Shown: positions 50,319-64,000 of the stretch, piece after piece
Layout: every line of letters begins with the position of its first letter
How positions within the stretch are numbered: the stretch's first letter is position 1
Origin: Catajapyx aquilonaris
Taxonomy: Eukaryota
DNA length: 64,000 bases
Assembly: GCA_000934665.2 (NCBI GenBank)
Contig: KZ538903.1
Coordinates: 1 to 64,000, forward strand
Reading direction: 5' to 3'
Notes under the pieces: model-generated
Told to the model about the DNA's origin: nothing
Seen by the model: only the letters and a program-made list of their open reading frames with translations
The model's database searches: none
Position numbers and translations under genes: made by a program

Positions 50319-53300
50319 GGGTGGGGGGGGGGAATTCGCCACGCGATCACGACGCAACTGTCAGCCCTGTCGGCGAGATATCAATCTCGTCATACATTGC
50401 TATAGCTTCTGCCCCATTGCCATCCATTCATGTACAATACATGAAGCGACAATCTCGTCACTGCTATGGGAGGGGCACTTTTTTAGAGTGATCTCTTTTG
50501 TTTCATAAATTTTGTCTCTTTTTTCCTGAGGTGTTGGGGCGGAAGGGGTTAAACACCTTTGCATAACTCTTTAGGAACATTAGTGCTCGTTAGTCAGTTC
50601 TCAGCTGATTCAAATTGTGCAATAATATTTTTTGGTGGTTAAATTCTTCTATAGCGTTTGTTGGTCAGGTAAAATCAAGTAGAAATGAACAAGCTCGGTT
50701 GTGCAGGGTGGACCACTGCTTTCAACAATTAAGCTCCACTACCACTGACGAACTTGTCGGTAGGCTATCTACTAGCCTGAATACGCAATTACTTCGTTGT
50801 TGGAGGCGTAGACTGAAGCACTGTACCACCCTGTATATTATTTAATATTTTACAAGCCTTTAAATAACTCACTCAGGAACATTTTGAATTGGAGAAACCC
50901 TCAACTTGTCAAATAAATTGTAACTTGGCCCCCCCCGTATTTCCAACCGTCCGCTATCGAACAATGGCCGAATTGAAATGAAGCGAACAATTCACAAGAG
51001 ACTCCATTATCTGGCTATCAGACTGTAAATTAAAGATAATGCTTCCATCTGTCTAATTCGCCCGAGTTCCAAGCCGTTTTGTCCTTTTCGGCTATCGGCT
51101 AACAATGGACTAAAACATCTCGTGCACCGCTCCCCATTCTTCCTCCCGCATTCCGCAACAAAGCCATTCCGTTCCGGATTCTTGACCCCGTTTCACACTA
51201 GTACGCACCCCAAAAAGGTCAAGATTTACTCCCAACTACCCGGTTCAGAAAACTCAACAATGCTGGCACTCTCCCTGGGACTTCCCCTTCCAAAAAACCA
51301 ATATACAGTGACAAGTTGGCCAACAATACGTCTCTGGATGAGGTGGTCGCTGGGGCTGCCCCCTTCCATGAAGTGAGTGGTAGTATGTTTTGGTGGGTGG
51401 GTGGGTGGATAGAGGTAGGGTGGGGCTGGGGGGTAGGGGCGGGCGTGAGTTCCCACACAAATTGACCTGCCCCGGGAAAATTAGTCTATAATTTACAGAA
51501 GCCTGGGAGCGGGAGCAGTCCGGGCTGTCAGCAGCGGAACGCGGGCCGCACGAGGGATAAAACGCCTGAATGAGGCGATTATGGGCGCGGGAGCGAGAGC
51601 AACATGTCCTCACGCCCCGTTACAGCGGGAACAGACGCTCGCTGCCCATTCGCCACGGCTTGTGATTCGCCCCCTCCTTTTCCCGTGTTTACCAGAAGGA
51701 GGAGGTTGGGCAGGCAGGCAGGCAGGAAGGGAGAGAGGGAGGGAGCATGGTAGAGGGCGCTTTCTCAGCACGCGTGTGTACGCGCACGGACGCGCTGGAG
51801 CGTGCTACTTCAACAGGAGTGCTGGATGTAGTGGACCTGGGGACCACCTTGTCAAATCAGTGTTTGGTTGGGAAAAGGGCGAGAAAAGACGATGCTTCTT
51901 AAGAGTGTACCAATATATTGCACAAAGACACTTTCTCTTATTGATTGTATTGCTTATGTCTTTGTCAACACATACTATTATTGAAATGTCATTTGGAATG
52001 TAATACTGTATAATATTGAAACACTTGGACATAATTTCCTGTTATTTGCCGCGTCTTCGGGACACGCAGTATTTTAGTGGTGCTTAGTGTTCCCAAATAA
52101 AGCTCGAAGGCTTCAGTTACACCGTGTCGTTTCATAATTTAGATCACATCCGTATCGATGGAGATTTTTTGGTTACCCTATGCCCGAGTGCACTGTACCC
52201 GCCAAGTACAGCCTGGCAAGAGAGAACCGCAAGTGCACTCCACTATGCGCACTTCCATTCTCTTGCAATCAGGGAAGGCCAACGTAACTCTAGCTTAGGG
52301 GACGTTTCCACCGATTCAGAATGTCATGCCGATTATTCTGCGATACTACCGTACTTCACAGCTTTTAAATACGTGGTTGAAGGAATGTGATATGTCAAGG
52401 GAGCTCTGGAGATTCTATTCCTGAGTTCGAGGTGGAAAGGCACATGACATGGTGAGTTCGGACGAGCGGCTGCCGTGATGTGTGTGGACAGGTAAGTGGT
52501 GTAATGTGGCAACGATGTGGCGCATGCTGCCTGAGCTCTTTCCACCAGAAAGCACTGCAAGTTTGTAAAGTTGTAGAATTGCTTTGAATGACGATATCTT
52601 TCTTGCCTATGTCGCAGGTTACGACAGTGAGGAATGCAAACATTGGTCAAAGAAATTCGCTGTCATGATATATCAGCCATTCATCTTCCATTGCTGTTAC
52701 TTCTCTCAAAACTGAGCGATGCCTCGTTGTCTACAAGCCCACAATCGCGGCCTTGCACTCATCAGGTGGATCTTCCTTGTTAAGCCTGCCTTTAATTCCA
52801 ACATGTCAGGTGCGGTGCGCAGTTATATAGTCAACCGCCCTCGACCCCCTTCCCCTCCCCAGCACCCACTCTAGGCCCAAAGACAAGGCCGGAGCTTTTA
52901 AAGAGGACACATTTATTCATGATATTCTCCTCAAACATCCTTCACATGGAAATTCAGTCCGCAGCACTTCACTACATCAGTACCGTATAATAGGCGGGCG
53001 GCCGTTACGCCAAGCCTTTTCCCTTTTGAATTATTCGGGGCAGATACGCCTGAGAAGTGCGAAAAAGCATCCTATGGTAATGGCATTCAGAGAAAGTCGG
53101 GGAAAATCTAAACAATACATTCAAACTGGGGCATCCATTATGGTGAGACTCTGCTGCAAGCCGCCATAGGCAGTGTGAGAGTCAAAGCTATGCCATGGTG
53201 GATTTCAAAGTTGTTAGCAGCCCAATGACGTCGCAAGATGCTTTCAAACTTTCTCCTAGTATATATTCACCATATCACTGGTTATACCTACCTTCCGGTC

Positions 53301-56300
53301 ATGTGCACAAGTGTATGTCACTAAAAGTCAACTCCATTTTAACATGTGAAGTAAGTTGGTGAGATTTATGTAAGGACGTTTCTTGACCAAAATGAAAGTA
53401 ACGCTGGATTCATAATATTTCATAATGAATTACATTCGATTACTTGTATAATTAATTGAAAACACGATTATTAAAACGGGGCATCGGATTTTTAAATACA
53501 GAACGACAACATTCCCCAGGTATCAATAGGTCTACAGTAGGGCCCTAGTACTATAGTATTGGTTGGTCCAGTAATACAAGTATGCCTTTTCCAGAAGTCC
53601 AGAACCTTTCATCCTGGAAACTAGACCACCTTTACGCCTCTTTTGCGATGCGCGAGACCTACATGCACGGGGCTTTTTAAGGTTCCACTGCCGGTTATTG
53701 AAACAAGTTATTGTAAGCGTCATATATAATTTATATAAAATTCTTGTAATTGACATGATTTTATTATGCAATAACATTGTCAGTCACTATAATAATACGT
53801 AAAATATGATTGTCTATGTATGCATCTGATTGAGATTTATTAAATGATTATGAGTACAGAATTACGGTGCCTTTATTAAAATACAGTATATAGTGAAAAT
53901 TACTTCCACATCTGTAACATCTAAACCGGTACCAGTATCGATGAATCTTATTTTGATATTATCGCGAGGTACCTATAAAAATTCCCATTTATCTGGAAAC
54001 TGCAAACACTTTTGCGAAGAAGATATGGCCCAGAAATGAGGCCATTATAATATATGGGCCCAAAGTGAGGCTGGTGAGACCCAGTGACGGGATAACTATC
54101 CAACACAATATGTTAATAACCTCCATATTGTTGCCAACATTTTCCTACGGCCGCGGTCTTACCTTCCATAATTAGAAATGAGCTCTGAATTGGATTAAGC
54201 TCCTGTCGTGAGTACGAAAACGAACGTAATCCACCAAAAATAACACTGACCGCCAGAAAGAATGTAGGGGTATGGAGGCAATTCACATGAGCTGCTCAGT
54301 TTTTAATAGGCATGCTACCGCATAGTGAATACTGAATGTGTGTTTCGCCCCTTTTTTGCACTATTCATTCTCCTATGCATAGCAACGGCCACAATATTAG
54401 AAATGATAACAAGTGCACCGAACCGAAGTCGTGTTTCTGCAGTATTTAATAGTGATGATAAGACGATGTCGACGATAATATAAAACAGAGATAGTGACAA
54501 TGAAGTATACATACAAGTGCGGTGTTGATACTGAGGGTCTTTTGTGTCACGTACCGCATGGACTAGAACGTTTTTGAAACATAAGGCTAGCTGCGCAGGC
54601 CAGGCAGCTATCTCCTAGCAGGGAAAACGATCTAAGTTCCGCTTGGTGCAGGAAGAAAAGCCAAAATGATTGGGCTTCCCTGCATCTGCTCACCAACCCG
54701 CAGTTCCAGGCGATCGCCCATACTATCTGATAAGTACATTGGAAAATCTTGGCACAATAACCGCCCATTTAATTATCCACCGCGCCCTCTTGCCAACTGT
54801 GAACCGTAATGAACGCGGCCGAGGAAAAGGGAAAGGAGGAGAACGGGATGGAGGGGGGTGGAGAAGAAAGAAAAAAGTGCAAAATAATCAGCATTCATTG
54901 CGGCACCGAGATTGTATGGAGAGGCGCGGTTTTGCTCCGTCGCGAAAATTCGAAGACTTCTATTCCCAAGGTGGAAGCTGCACAGTAGTCGTCCCCCAAC
55001 CAGAAGTATTTAACAAAAAGTTGTAAGTGCAGTCGGCAGGCAGCAAAGTTTGCAACCGGAGGGAAATTCCTGGTCTGGCACAAAGGAGTGAGGTCGGATG
55101 CCAAGAAAAAAAGGGGGAAGTCCAAAAATCTGGAGTCGTGAAGTTGCCGGCATTGGCGCCTCAAAGACAGGCAACACCGCCCTCCATTAGTGTGGAATTC
55201 CACGCCAATTTCCACTTCTTCATTGGAGGTTCCTTCCACCCAATTTGGTCGACCTGCCTTGTATCGGGTATGGACCACCACCACCTTATACAGGTTAAAC
55301 CTCTCCACTCGAAAGGTTACAGGAGAGGCTACAGATCAAATTAGAGTAAGCCTATACTAGTTCAAACTGCAGTGGACTATAGCTGTCCTTCACAATTGTC
55401 TACATTGCAACTTTATACCTGATGGAATAATGTCGACTTTGCTCTTTGTCGCTTACTTACTCCTCTACAAACAAATCACTTAGGTGTACACTAGGTGTAT
55501 AATTAGCAAATGTTTCGAACTGTACCTGCGCATTTTAATAATACCAGCAGGGTTCGGAATATATTTCATACACACATCATGGTGAGGCAATTTTTTGTCA
55601 CTGCCACAATAAAATATATCCAAACCTAAGCAGCAATGACAGGACATTATTTACCGTGTCGAACTCCTCAGCGAATACTCCATATAAACCAGTAATATTT
55701 CCATACCTTTTCCCGCACTCACATGTATACGCATATGTTTTTGGAGGCAAAAGAAAAAGAGTCGTGCTGGTTGGAAGGTAGGTTATAGGGGCATGGGGGT
55801 GAGTAGTTTCCCAGACGAGGCGGAAATTAGGGGGAGGAATACAAATTGGCTCTTTTGGCCCTCCTCGCACGAGCCTTTCCTGCCCGTCTTGGATGCGAGC
55901 TACGCGCAGCATCCCGCGTTTGTCATTCGAGTCCGTGGTAAACTTCCCAGAAATGCCCGCCCTTAAGCCCCGTTAAAAAATTTACGACCTCTTCCCCCGA
56001 AAGGTGATGGACGGATGCGGCCTGGGAAGATTGTGGCGGCTTGCTCAGCCTCCGCCTCAGCTTAGACACCATAAAGGGCTGTCTTAAGACGCCACAGTGG
56101 GCGTAAAAAAACGAGAGAAAAAAAACACAAAATAAAAATCGACACCGGAACTCTCTTACAAGTAGGAAAGAATAGTCCGAGAGTTTGATCCGTTGGCAAG
56201 AAGATAGCAAAAAAAGAGCCACTGGCTATCCACTAGCACTAGGCAACAACAAAAAAAAAGTTGTCACTTTGCAGTGCTGAAAACCACACGTGTCTTCCAT

Positions 56301-59300
56301 TCTTTTCTCAACTATACTCTATACTGCTCTTCAATTTTTTTTTTATTCTTCGGAGCTTTCACAGGAAACGATTGCTTCTGGGGGAGGAAAGAAAAATTCG
56401 CAAAGTAGGAATGCGCTTAAGGCTTGTGAGTACCTCCTTTTCAGAAGAAAGGATTTGGAGAACTTTTCCGGAGAAAAAGAAAAGGAAAACAATTTTTGCG
56501 TTTGGATTTATCCTCGGTGTGGACTTAATGGGAGGAAAGAGCAAGAGTGCTCAGCTGAAAAAAGGGTTATAGAGGCTGTAAATCGCGGATGAGTCTAGTG
56601 TACACTAATGGAGAACACCGCGGACCGGAATAACCCAATTACAATCCCTATATTTCAATACTGACTCCTAAATTTGAGAGACTATGCATGATATTGTTGT
56701 AACGTATTTTAAGGACTGCTGGGACTGGATTGTTGTTTCAATAAAACATTGGGCGCATAAACAGGGGATAATGAACGAGCTGCTACACACCGTCGGAAAA
56801 TTTATCGAGTCGCAATGGCCGTGTTGCTGTCAAACGAGTTAATTTCATTTACAGTATTAGTATCGAGGGAGGACCCACCGGGGATATTTTGCAGCAGGAT
56901 AGGCAGAAATGGTACAATGTAAACTCTATACTACACATATATACCAATAGAGAGGACGTGCTTCCGCTTACACGAGGCAAGGAGCACTGAATTTTATTTT
57001 TCCGGCAAAAAAGTTTTCTCCTTGACAGAGACTGGCAGCGATGGAAATGGGGGAGGCTCTAAAAAAAGAGCAGCAACTCCAAAGAGAAAATGCACAGTTT
57101 CATTATCTTCCATAATTTGAGACTTTCCATATGGCCTGAACAGCAGAATACAACCCTAAGGGTCTTGCATACATTTACTTGATGAATTTCATGCATTTAT
57201 ATTTGTGATTAAGTCGTCCGTCTCTGGTGTGTTTGTGTGTAGGTATGTTTGGGTGGACGACTTTGTGGGTCGGTATTGTGTGTTTGTGGTGGACAATATT
57301 GATTTCGGCAGAGTCCCACCAGAGTGGGCCCCAGGCGGAGGCGGAATTCTCAAGCTTTACCTTTCTTGTTTTTCTTTCTTCCGAAAACGACATCGACATC
57401 TTTGTCCTTTTGGAATAGCAGTTCTCCCCTAGCTGATGTACTAGGCGGCTGAATCCCTTTCGCCATCTCGATTCTAGCAGTTAATTCAAAATTCCGGTCT
57501 ATAGGCACAAGCATACAACCATTGCAAGCAAATGAATGGAGGAATCAACTTGAAATATGAGCTTGTTTCGGGATTCAACACTGATTTCTGCGAAGTACTA
57601 CGGTCCTGACGCTGCGGCTGCTGTGGACTTTAATCTGCACCGGATCATTTTCGGGTTGCAGGGGCCTTACTTGCCTTGTGTACCTTACATGTTCAAGTAA
57701 AATAAATATTTTTTCGCCCATCAGTTCACGGCTATGCAGCTGAAAATTCGAGTAATTAGTCGGATTCATCCAAGGGCTCATTAATCAAAGCATTGGGTGG
57801 TACCGACTTGCAATTAACGTTTCTCAATCCGACTACAAATTTGGCACTAATGGGTCAGATGTAGGGGATAAGTTCAAACACTTATATTCCTTACACAGGA
57901 TGATCACTTATTATTATTAATGTATGGCTTGATCGAATATTGATCCATAGTGAGGCAGGCATATAATATTGACATATGGGCTAATCGCCTGCATGACATT
58001 AGATAAAACCGCACCACTTGTTTATAACTGGTAAACAATTCCGCTCTTTGTGCCATCAAATTCGATATAAACGAATTCCACTGCACTTGATTACCAGCTC
58101 TTTGGTATGCCGAGCCCCACTCTAAAGCGTTGAGAAAACTAACGAGGAAGACGTAATTATCAAGACCGGGACGACTTCCCTAGAGTCAACACACTTTCTG
58201 AAGGGGGTTTCCCAATTCCATTGGCCGATCTTAACCACCTAGACAAACCTTTTTCACCAACCCCCGCCATCACCCGGTCTTTAAAAACCCCCCTGCCCGA
58301 CGCCACAAAGCCAAAACTGATTTGGCCAGTGGCCTTAGATTTCCATATCTGTCACCTCTACTTCCAACTTCCCTAATAAGGGATAGGTTTTCTCATTCTA
58401 TCCCTCCCCCTCCCCTTTCCCTCCCATTCCCTATCATATACCCTTGGGAATGGAAATGCTCCCTTTTGCGTGCAAGATGATGTGCGGGGCCCATGTTCTC
58501 TAGCCAACGCGCTCATCTCCGCCTCCGGATACGTGACGGCGACAGATGCAAGCCCTGGGATGATCCCCACCACCGCCACCCCCCGCCTTTCCCCACCATA
58601 TTCTCTTAAACATCCCTCGGTGAAACTTCGAGCATATAGTTGCTATCATTATACGACTCAAATGTGATTACTTAGTGATTTTGCACGCTAAAAGTCTCGA
58701 CGACATGAAGAGCTACGGCTAATTAAAGATGGATGAAAATTTCATTTTGCGTTTAGAGACAGTGTGAGTCTGGTTAAAATTAACTATTCACTAGGGGAGC
58801 TAAAATTTTATCGATAATTTTAGCGCTGCCGTTTGGCGGTTGGCAAACATTTTGTCATAATTTTTTTACAAATCAAAGGCAACATCAGGGACGCAACAGC
58901 GCAATTTGCCCGTACTGATAGAGTGCTTAATCTGTGTTTGTGAATATTCTGTGTCAATAGGTGAGCAAAATTGGCCAAATCATTCACATTATCAATATGT
59001 GTCCCATATTTGCCTCTACGCTCAGGTTAAATATTGAATTTCACTCTGCTCTGACTCGTTAATACCAGCACTTTTTTGTGACCGTATTTTACAAAATATT
59101 CAAAGCAAAAATATGGAGTCATTTTTTAGAAGAGAAGAGAGCGGTTTATTTCGTGCTAGACGGCATGAAAGGGACCCTTTCAAAAATGCGCCAGTTTGGC
59201 GCTGCGGGTGGCGAATTAAAGTTTGCCATTAGGTCCCCTTTGTGGTTTAATGGCCGAAAGCAATTACGGCATGATTAGTGCGAGGAAACTATTGTATAAC

Positions 59301-62300
59301 GCTTATATTTCAGTCAGCAATATATGTGGGTCAAGCTTTAACAACAAGTCTGCCTTTTTAAACATCGGTAATCCGAAAAAGCTTGCCAAACGCAACTGTA
59401 CAACTTACGTAATTTTTGTTGAAATCACTTTCATTGCTACTGCCCCTCGCCATGCCACAATTACTAATAATACTATTTTATTACACATGCAACCGCTGGC
59501 ATCCCACACACATCGCGCGGAACTGTGTCCAGTATTTTGGGTCATTATGCGTAATACTGTATGCAAAATAAACAAATTATTTATTAAAATTTAATGCCAT
59601 TGCAGAAGTTGTTTTTGTTGTAAAATTCTAGGACGTTGACAGCCAAATTGACAGGCATACTCTGTTAATGAATTAAATTCCCTCGCTGCAATATTGCATT
59701 TGAGAGTTTGGCAATAAAAAATATCCCTCGACTCCCCCAAAAAATATACGGAGGCATTAAAAATAGCCGCACATGAGCATAACTTGCGAGACTGTCTGGG
59801 AATGGCATTAAGGCTATCACCACAAAAGGGAAATATGCCAGGTTTGGGAACGTTAGACATTTTTTAACCCTTTCCTACGCTAACCGTAGCAGCAGTTGGT
59901 GGTGGTCAAGTCCTGCCAACCGCATTAGGGTCAAGGGACACCACGTCTGACTTTTTCCTCTCGCAAATATCTTTTTCAGTTAGGTTTTTTCACCTTGACT
60001 TTACAAAACTGTATATGGCTATTTATCTACCACTTTTATGGGAGGTCGTTTTTCTCGCTCTCTCTTTGGCTTGCCACTGTGGTTTCAGTGTCGAGAAAAT
60101 GATGGGTCCATTGTACCATATGGGAGGCTAGGGAAAAGGGGTGGTGGGGGGGATGTTTCAGCCGTTGCCAACAACAACTGTTGCAAACTAACGTGGCTAG
60201 GCTGGAAAATCATGGACGTGAGATGACTGAAACGACGAGACGTTGTATGACGAGCATTTGTAGGTCGAGTAGATTTCCTTGCTTCATTTCCTGAGCTCTC
60301 CGTCACGAATATTCCAATGGAATAACCAAAGAGCCATTTCATTAATTACCAATACCTGCTCTATAAATACCGGAATAACAGGCTGAATTTCCACTCTTTC
60401 ATCGTCATGCGGAACTAAATTACGTTCTCGTTTTATTGAAGAATAGTTTCAAATTGAATTTTCATTGCAGTTGGCGGGGGTTTTTTCCTACTTAAAAAGT
60501 GCAGACTCTTCTTCGAAACTTCCAGAGGCCCACGATGGATAGGCCATCAAGTTATTGATTTAAGGACAAGAGGAGACTCGGAGCCAATCTGAAACTCCAA
60601 GATCGTCAGCCATAACTACGAGAAACTCGATCTCGGAAAGAACAATGTGCTTGAGCCTTAGGTAAAAAAAAAATGCAAGAAAAAATGAAGCTCTTGCCTT
60701 AGCACGACGAAAAGCAGAAGTGTGACTAAGTGGGTTTCAAAGTCATCCTATAGCGTGTCAGAATAAAGTTGCAGAGATTGTTATCCGCCATGAAGTTTCT
60801 TCACATCACTGATGGAGAAACAACAACTTTCATCCTGCACTAGTATGCAACACAGCAAGCGTCAAAGGTGGGCATCCAATGAAGCCTCATTCTAAAAATT
60901 CCACAAGCTCAGAATTTTTGGGTATAGATGAACCAAACCCCTACTTGGCCTCTCAGAAAATGAATTTTCAAATCAAGTCTCCCAAGATAAATTAAGTGTC
61001 CCCTCAAGTGGCAGGGCGCACTGAATATGTAAAACAGAAATCCCGTCTCTGGCGCACTTCATTCCCGGATATCTGGTGCAAATTATTTTTGAAGGCACAT
61101 CTTAATCACCTCTCGGTCACGCCTAGTTCCTTGCAAGAAAGTTTCGGGCCCGGGCGGACGTTGCTTGAATCTCAAAAGACGCAACTCAGGCTAGGTCGAG
61201 AAAAAAAAAATGGTGTCACCACCACCTTACTGAGTAAATGGCAACCAAATTAAAACAAATCAATGGCATCGGAATGGATCAAGTGTCCGGGTGGCAGATG
61301 CGCAAGCGAGCAGAGAGTAGTCTAATAAAATTACCTCTTCTGTCCTCCCCATTCCCCTCCATCCCCCTCCACTCATTCCAGCAACCAACCAGTCTTGCAG
61401 CTCTCATTCCTCGGGGCGGCGGTAATTCGCGGAAGTGCCGCCGGGGAGCGCCTTCCCTAATGCCGGGTCGCAAGGAGAAATTAAGACATAATTAATCGGG
61501 CGAGTTACTACCTCAACCCCATTGTTTCGCAAATTGAAATTAACTATGACGCGATTACTGGCTTTCCTCGCTGCGACTTGGGGAGGTGCCTTTTGCGAAT
61601 GGCATGCTACACCTTCGCTTTTGCCTCGATTGCTCTCATGTCCGCCGTCCCTTCCATCTCATTATTGCCTTTCTGGATGTGTTATTAAAAGCGGGATAAT
61701 ATCTAGTGCCAACATCAAAAATTGCCTAAGTAGCTGGAGCAAAAATTGGGTTCGTTCCACAAGCACTGTGAAGCAGGAGTAATAGAGGCAAAATTAGAGA
61801 AAGATGTAATCCCCAATTGTTTTCATCTTGGCGTACTAATTGTGCTGAGAGGAATTAATGACATTTTAGCAAGCACACTCCCTGAGAGTAGTTTATGGGG
61901 AAAATTAAGCATTTGTTCACCTAACCCAGAGAAGAAGCGAGCGTACGCAAACCTGCAAAATGTAAAAATAAACAATTACATTCTGTCGGAGTATTTTAAC
62001 CAGAATTCATACTGTAATAGATGCTTTCATGTGCAATAAAACACTCCAGTTATTACGCAAAATACCTACAACATCAGTCGGAACCACGGTTCCTTCAGTG
62101 TGTTCGTAAATGTATCATTAATTTTTATAACCATCTCCGAGCACTTGCAAAGGTCTTCCCGGCTTCAACTGTGAGAGATAAATAGTCGGATCTAAGACGT
62201 GTGCTCAGATTTGTCCCCGACGAAATATACAGGCCTATATCGAGCAAGAAATTACGCAGAAGTGTCGGACGTTCCTTAATCTGAGCGTTGTAGATACCCC

Positions 62301-62729
62301 GGTGGAATACAAATCCTAATCTTCCGTCACAGCAGACTTTCCTCACGATGAGCTTCACCTTATATGCGAATGCCTGTGTATATAGCGAAGGAGGACTTTG
62401 GAGAACTTTCATTAATCCATTCAGGACAACAGCACTACTTTACGATACATTAAACTGCCGACGCCTTGTGAATTTACTACAGCGTTGCACTGCAAAACCA
62501 TAAATTTAATGAAGAAGTTTTCCAACTTAATGTCTCTAGTGTGCGTTTATTTCGGTGTCCTATTGGGACGCGGATTTACTTGTACACCCTTTTCTAGTCC
62601 TTAGTCGGATTATTATATCAACTGCTAGCAAGTTTTCTTTCCCCGTGACTTTACCAAGCTTGGTATCGTGCCAGAAAAAAAAGTATTGAGAGTAAGACCC
62701 ACTTGTTGCATAAGTCCAAGAGGCTTATG

Positions 62730-62731
<2 letters not shown>

Positions 62732-62769
<38 letters not shown>
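62732..62769. repeat. (CT)19 microsatellite
   Basis: Perfect dinucleotide run. It is the source of the ERERER peptide in ORF 62625..62858. Confidence 0.97.
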
Positions 62770-62771
<2 letters not shown>

Positions 62772-64000
62772 AAGGTTACCCTCAATTCTCTCCCTCCAAA
62801 AACGGGCTATAAAAATCATCCCCAGAATAGTGTCTCTTCTGCCAGAACTTGAGGGCATATTCTGGTGACATTTTTCGCCAATGATGGTTTTATCCGCTCA
62901 GGTTTCACGTATTATGACATTCAGGCTAAAGCAATTATGCAAAAAGCACTGGACATCATCGCGTAAAAATGATGGGAATAACCCGAGGCGTCAACAGGTA
63001 TTAACAGTGGGAAAGGCTTAAAAAGAGAAGCAACAGGCGTAGAAATAATGAGCATGAAAAGTCACGACCCGTACATTTTCATACCATGCTGTATAGCGCT
63101 CCGGAAATACCCGTCTTCTCCTCCCGGGCCTCGTTTTGCAAGAACCGGACTTGTAATTCCAGCCTTTATTATGCCCCTGTCAGGATTTTATTACGCTAAT
63201 TCCTTTAGGTTACGCAATCCTTGTAACGGTCACTAGAAACAAGGAGCTCCCATAAATATGCATAGTCCATGCGGGAGTTGACTCGGTCCAAAATGCGCAT
63301 TTCAATTTAATTTAGCGTTCGTGGGCATGGGGACAGAAGTTTTCATTGCTTTAGAATTACAATACAAAAGCTCCGCCTAATGTTTCGCTTACATTAGTCA
63401 GCTGCACACAGGTCGGCGTGGGCTGCTACTCTGGAACGCTTTATTTCGCCACGTATTCTTATGCTCAAACTTTGTACGGAAGTACCACTTTCCAAGTATC
63501 ACGCACTTCATGCACACGACGCTGCTGCAACATCGGCTAGTGTCGTTGCTGATGGAAACCTTTCACAGGAGGTGGAGGCAGCTCACTTTTCGGATTATAT
63601 AAACTGCCAGTCTGTCACCAGCTATTTACGGGGAATATTAGTCCAAAAGTATTCTTAATCATAATCACAAAATTGCATGGATGGTGTGTGAACCAATCGA
63701 ATTAGACAAAAATAGAGTGTCACGTAGAAAATACCCTGCATGTTTTAAGCTTCCGGGGAAACACCTGTACTTGTCATGCTCCAGGCACGTCCAATAAACC
63801 ACACCCTATACATTATTATGAAGTTTGGAAAGCTCAACAACACTTCCTCGCAATGCATTCTGAAACACAACGAATAAATTAGGGAGTGGCATCCTCATAT
63901 CGAAAAACATAGTCTCTTAGTTGTGTTTTCCACATTGTTTTATTCCACAAGAGATGTATACTGCAGAGTATCATTTTTATGCTAAATTTCCTACCTACAC

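Noticed and set aside
55481..55499. taggtgta-cac-taggtgta as a hAT-type hairpin excision footprint
   Set aside because: An 8-bp direct repeat with a 3-nt spacer can arise by slippage or chance, and there is no independent support.
55610..55715. Reverse-transcriptase-like motif (GVFAEEFDTVNN resembling D..KAFDTVNH) on the minus strand
   Set aside because: A single degenerate motif with no flanking RT motifs; not supportable without a profile search.
464..63658. The many 60-200 aa ORFs of the six-frame track as protein-coding genes
   Set aside because: They are short, overlap on both strands, often have non-ATG starts, are low-complexity or span gaps, and show no recognisable domains. This is the expected background in non-coding eukaryotic DNA.

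Overview
This window is eukaryotic, almost certainly animal. A hemimetabolous-insect origin is my inference from the SINE and transposon types. It is essentially non-coding. None of the ORFs in the supplied track is a convincing complete gene, and there are no operons, CRISPR arrays, rRNA genes or intact tRNA genes. The sequence supports five kinds of content. (1) Transposable-element relics: an RTE-type LINE endonuclease fragment (1-279, minus strand), three tRNA-derived SINEs with target-site duplications (TSDs), a decayed maT/mariner-type transposase C-terminus (about 46.7-47.06 kb), and about ten Tc1/mariner-, hAT-, CACT- and Harbinger-like MITEs or fold-back elements, several of them nested. 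(2) One good candidate first coding exon (31808-31916) encoding a signal-peptide-like sequence and ending in a consensus phase-1 GTGAGT donor, inside a GC-rich promoter-like block. This suggests the window is the upstream region plus a long intron of a secreted or membrane-protein gene. (3) Recurrent GC-rich blocks without recognisable repeats, containing TAAT motifs and G-tracts, which may be cis-regulatory. (4) Microsatellites. (5) Three assembly gaps. The most notable observations are a 32-bp hairpin with an exact 8-bp TSD that resembles a P-element excision footprint, head and tail module swapping among the three SINEs, and one hairpin MITE family found twice in the loop of larger inverted repeats. 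I found no evidence for a new multi-gene system.
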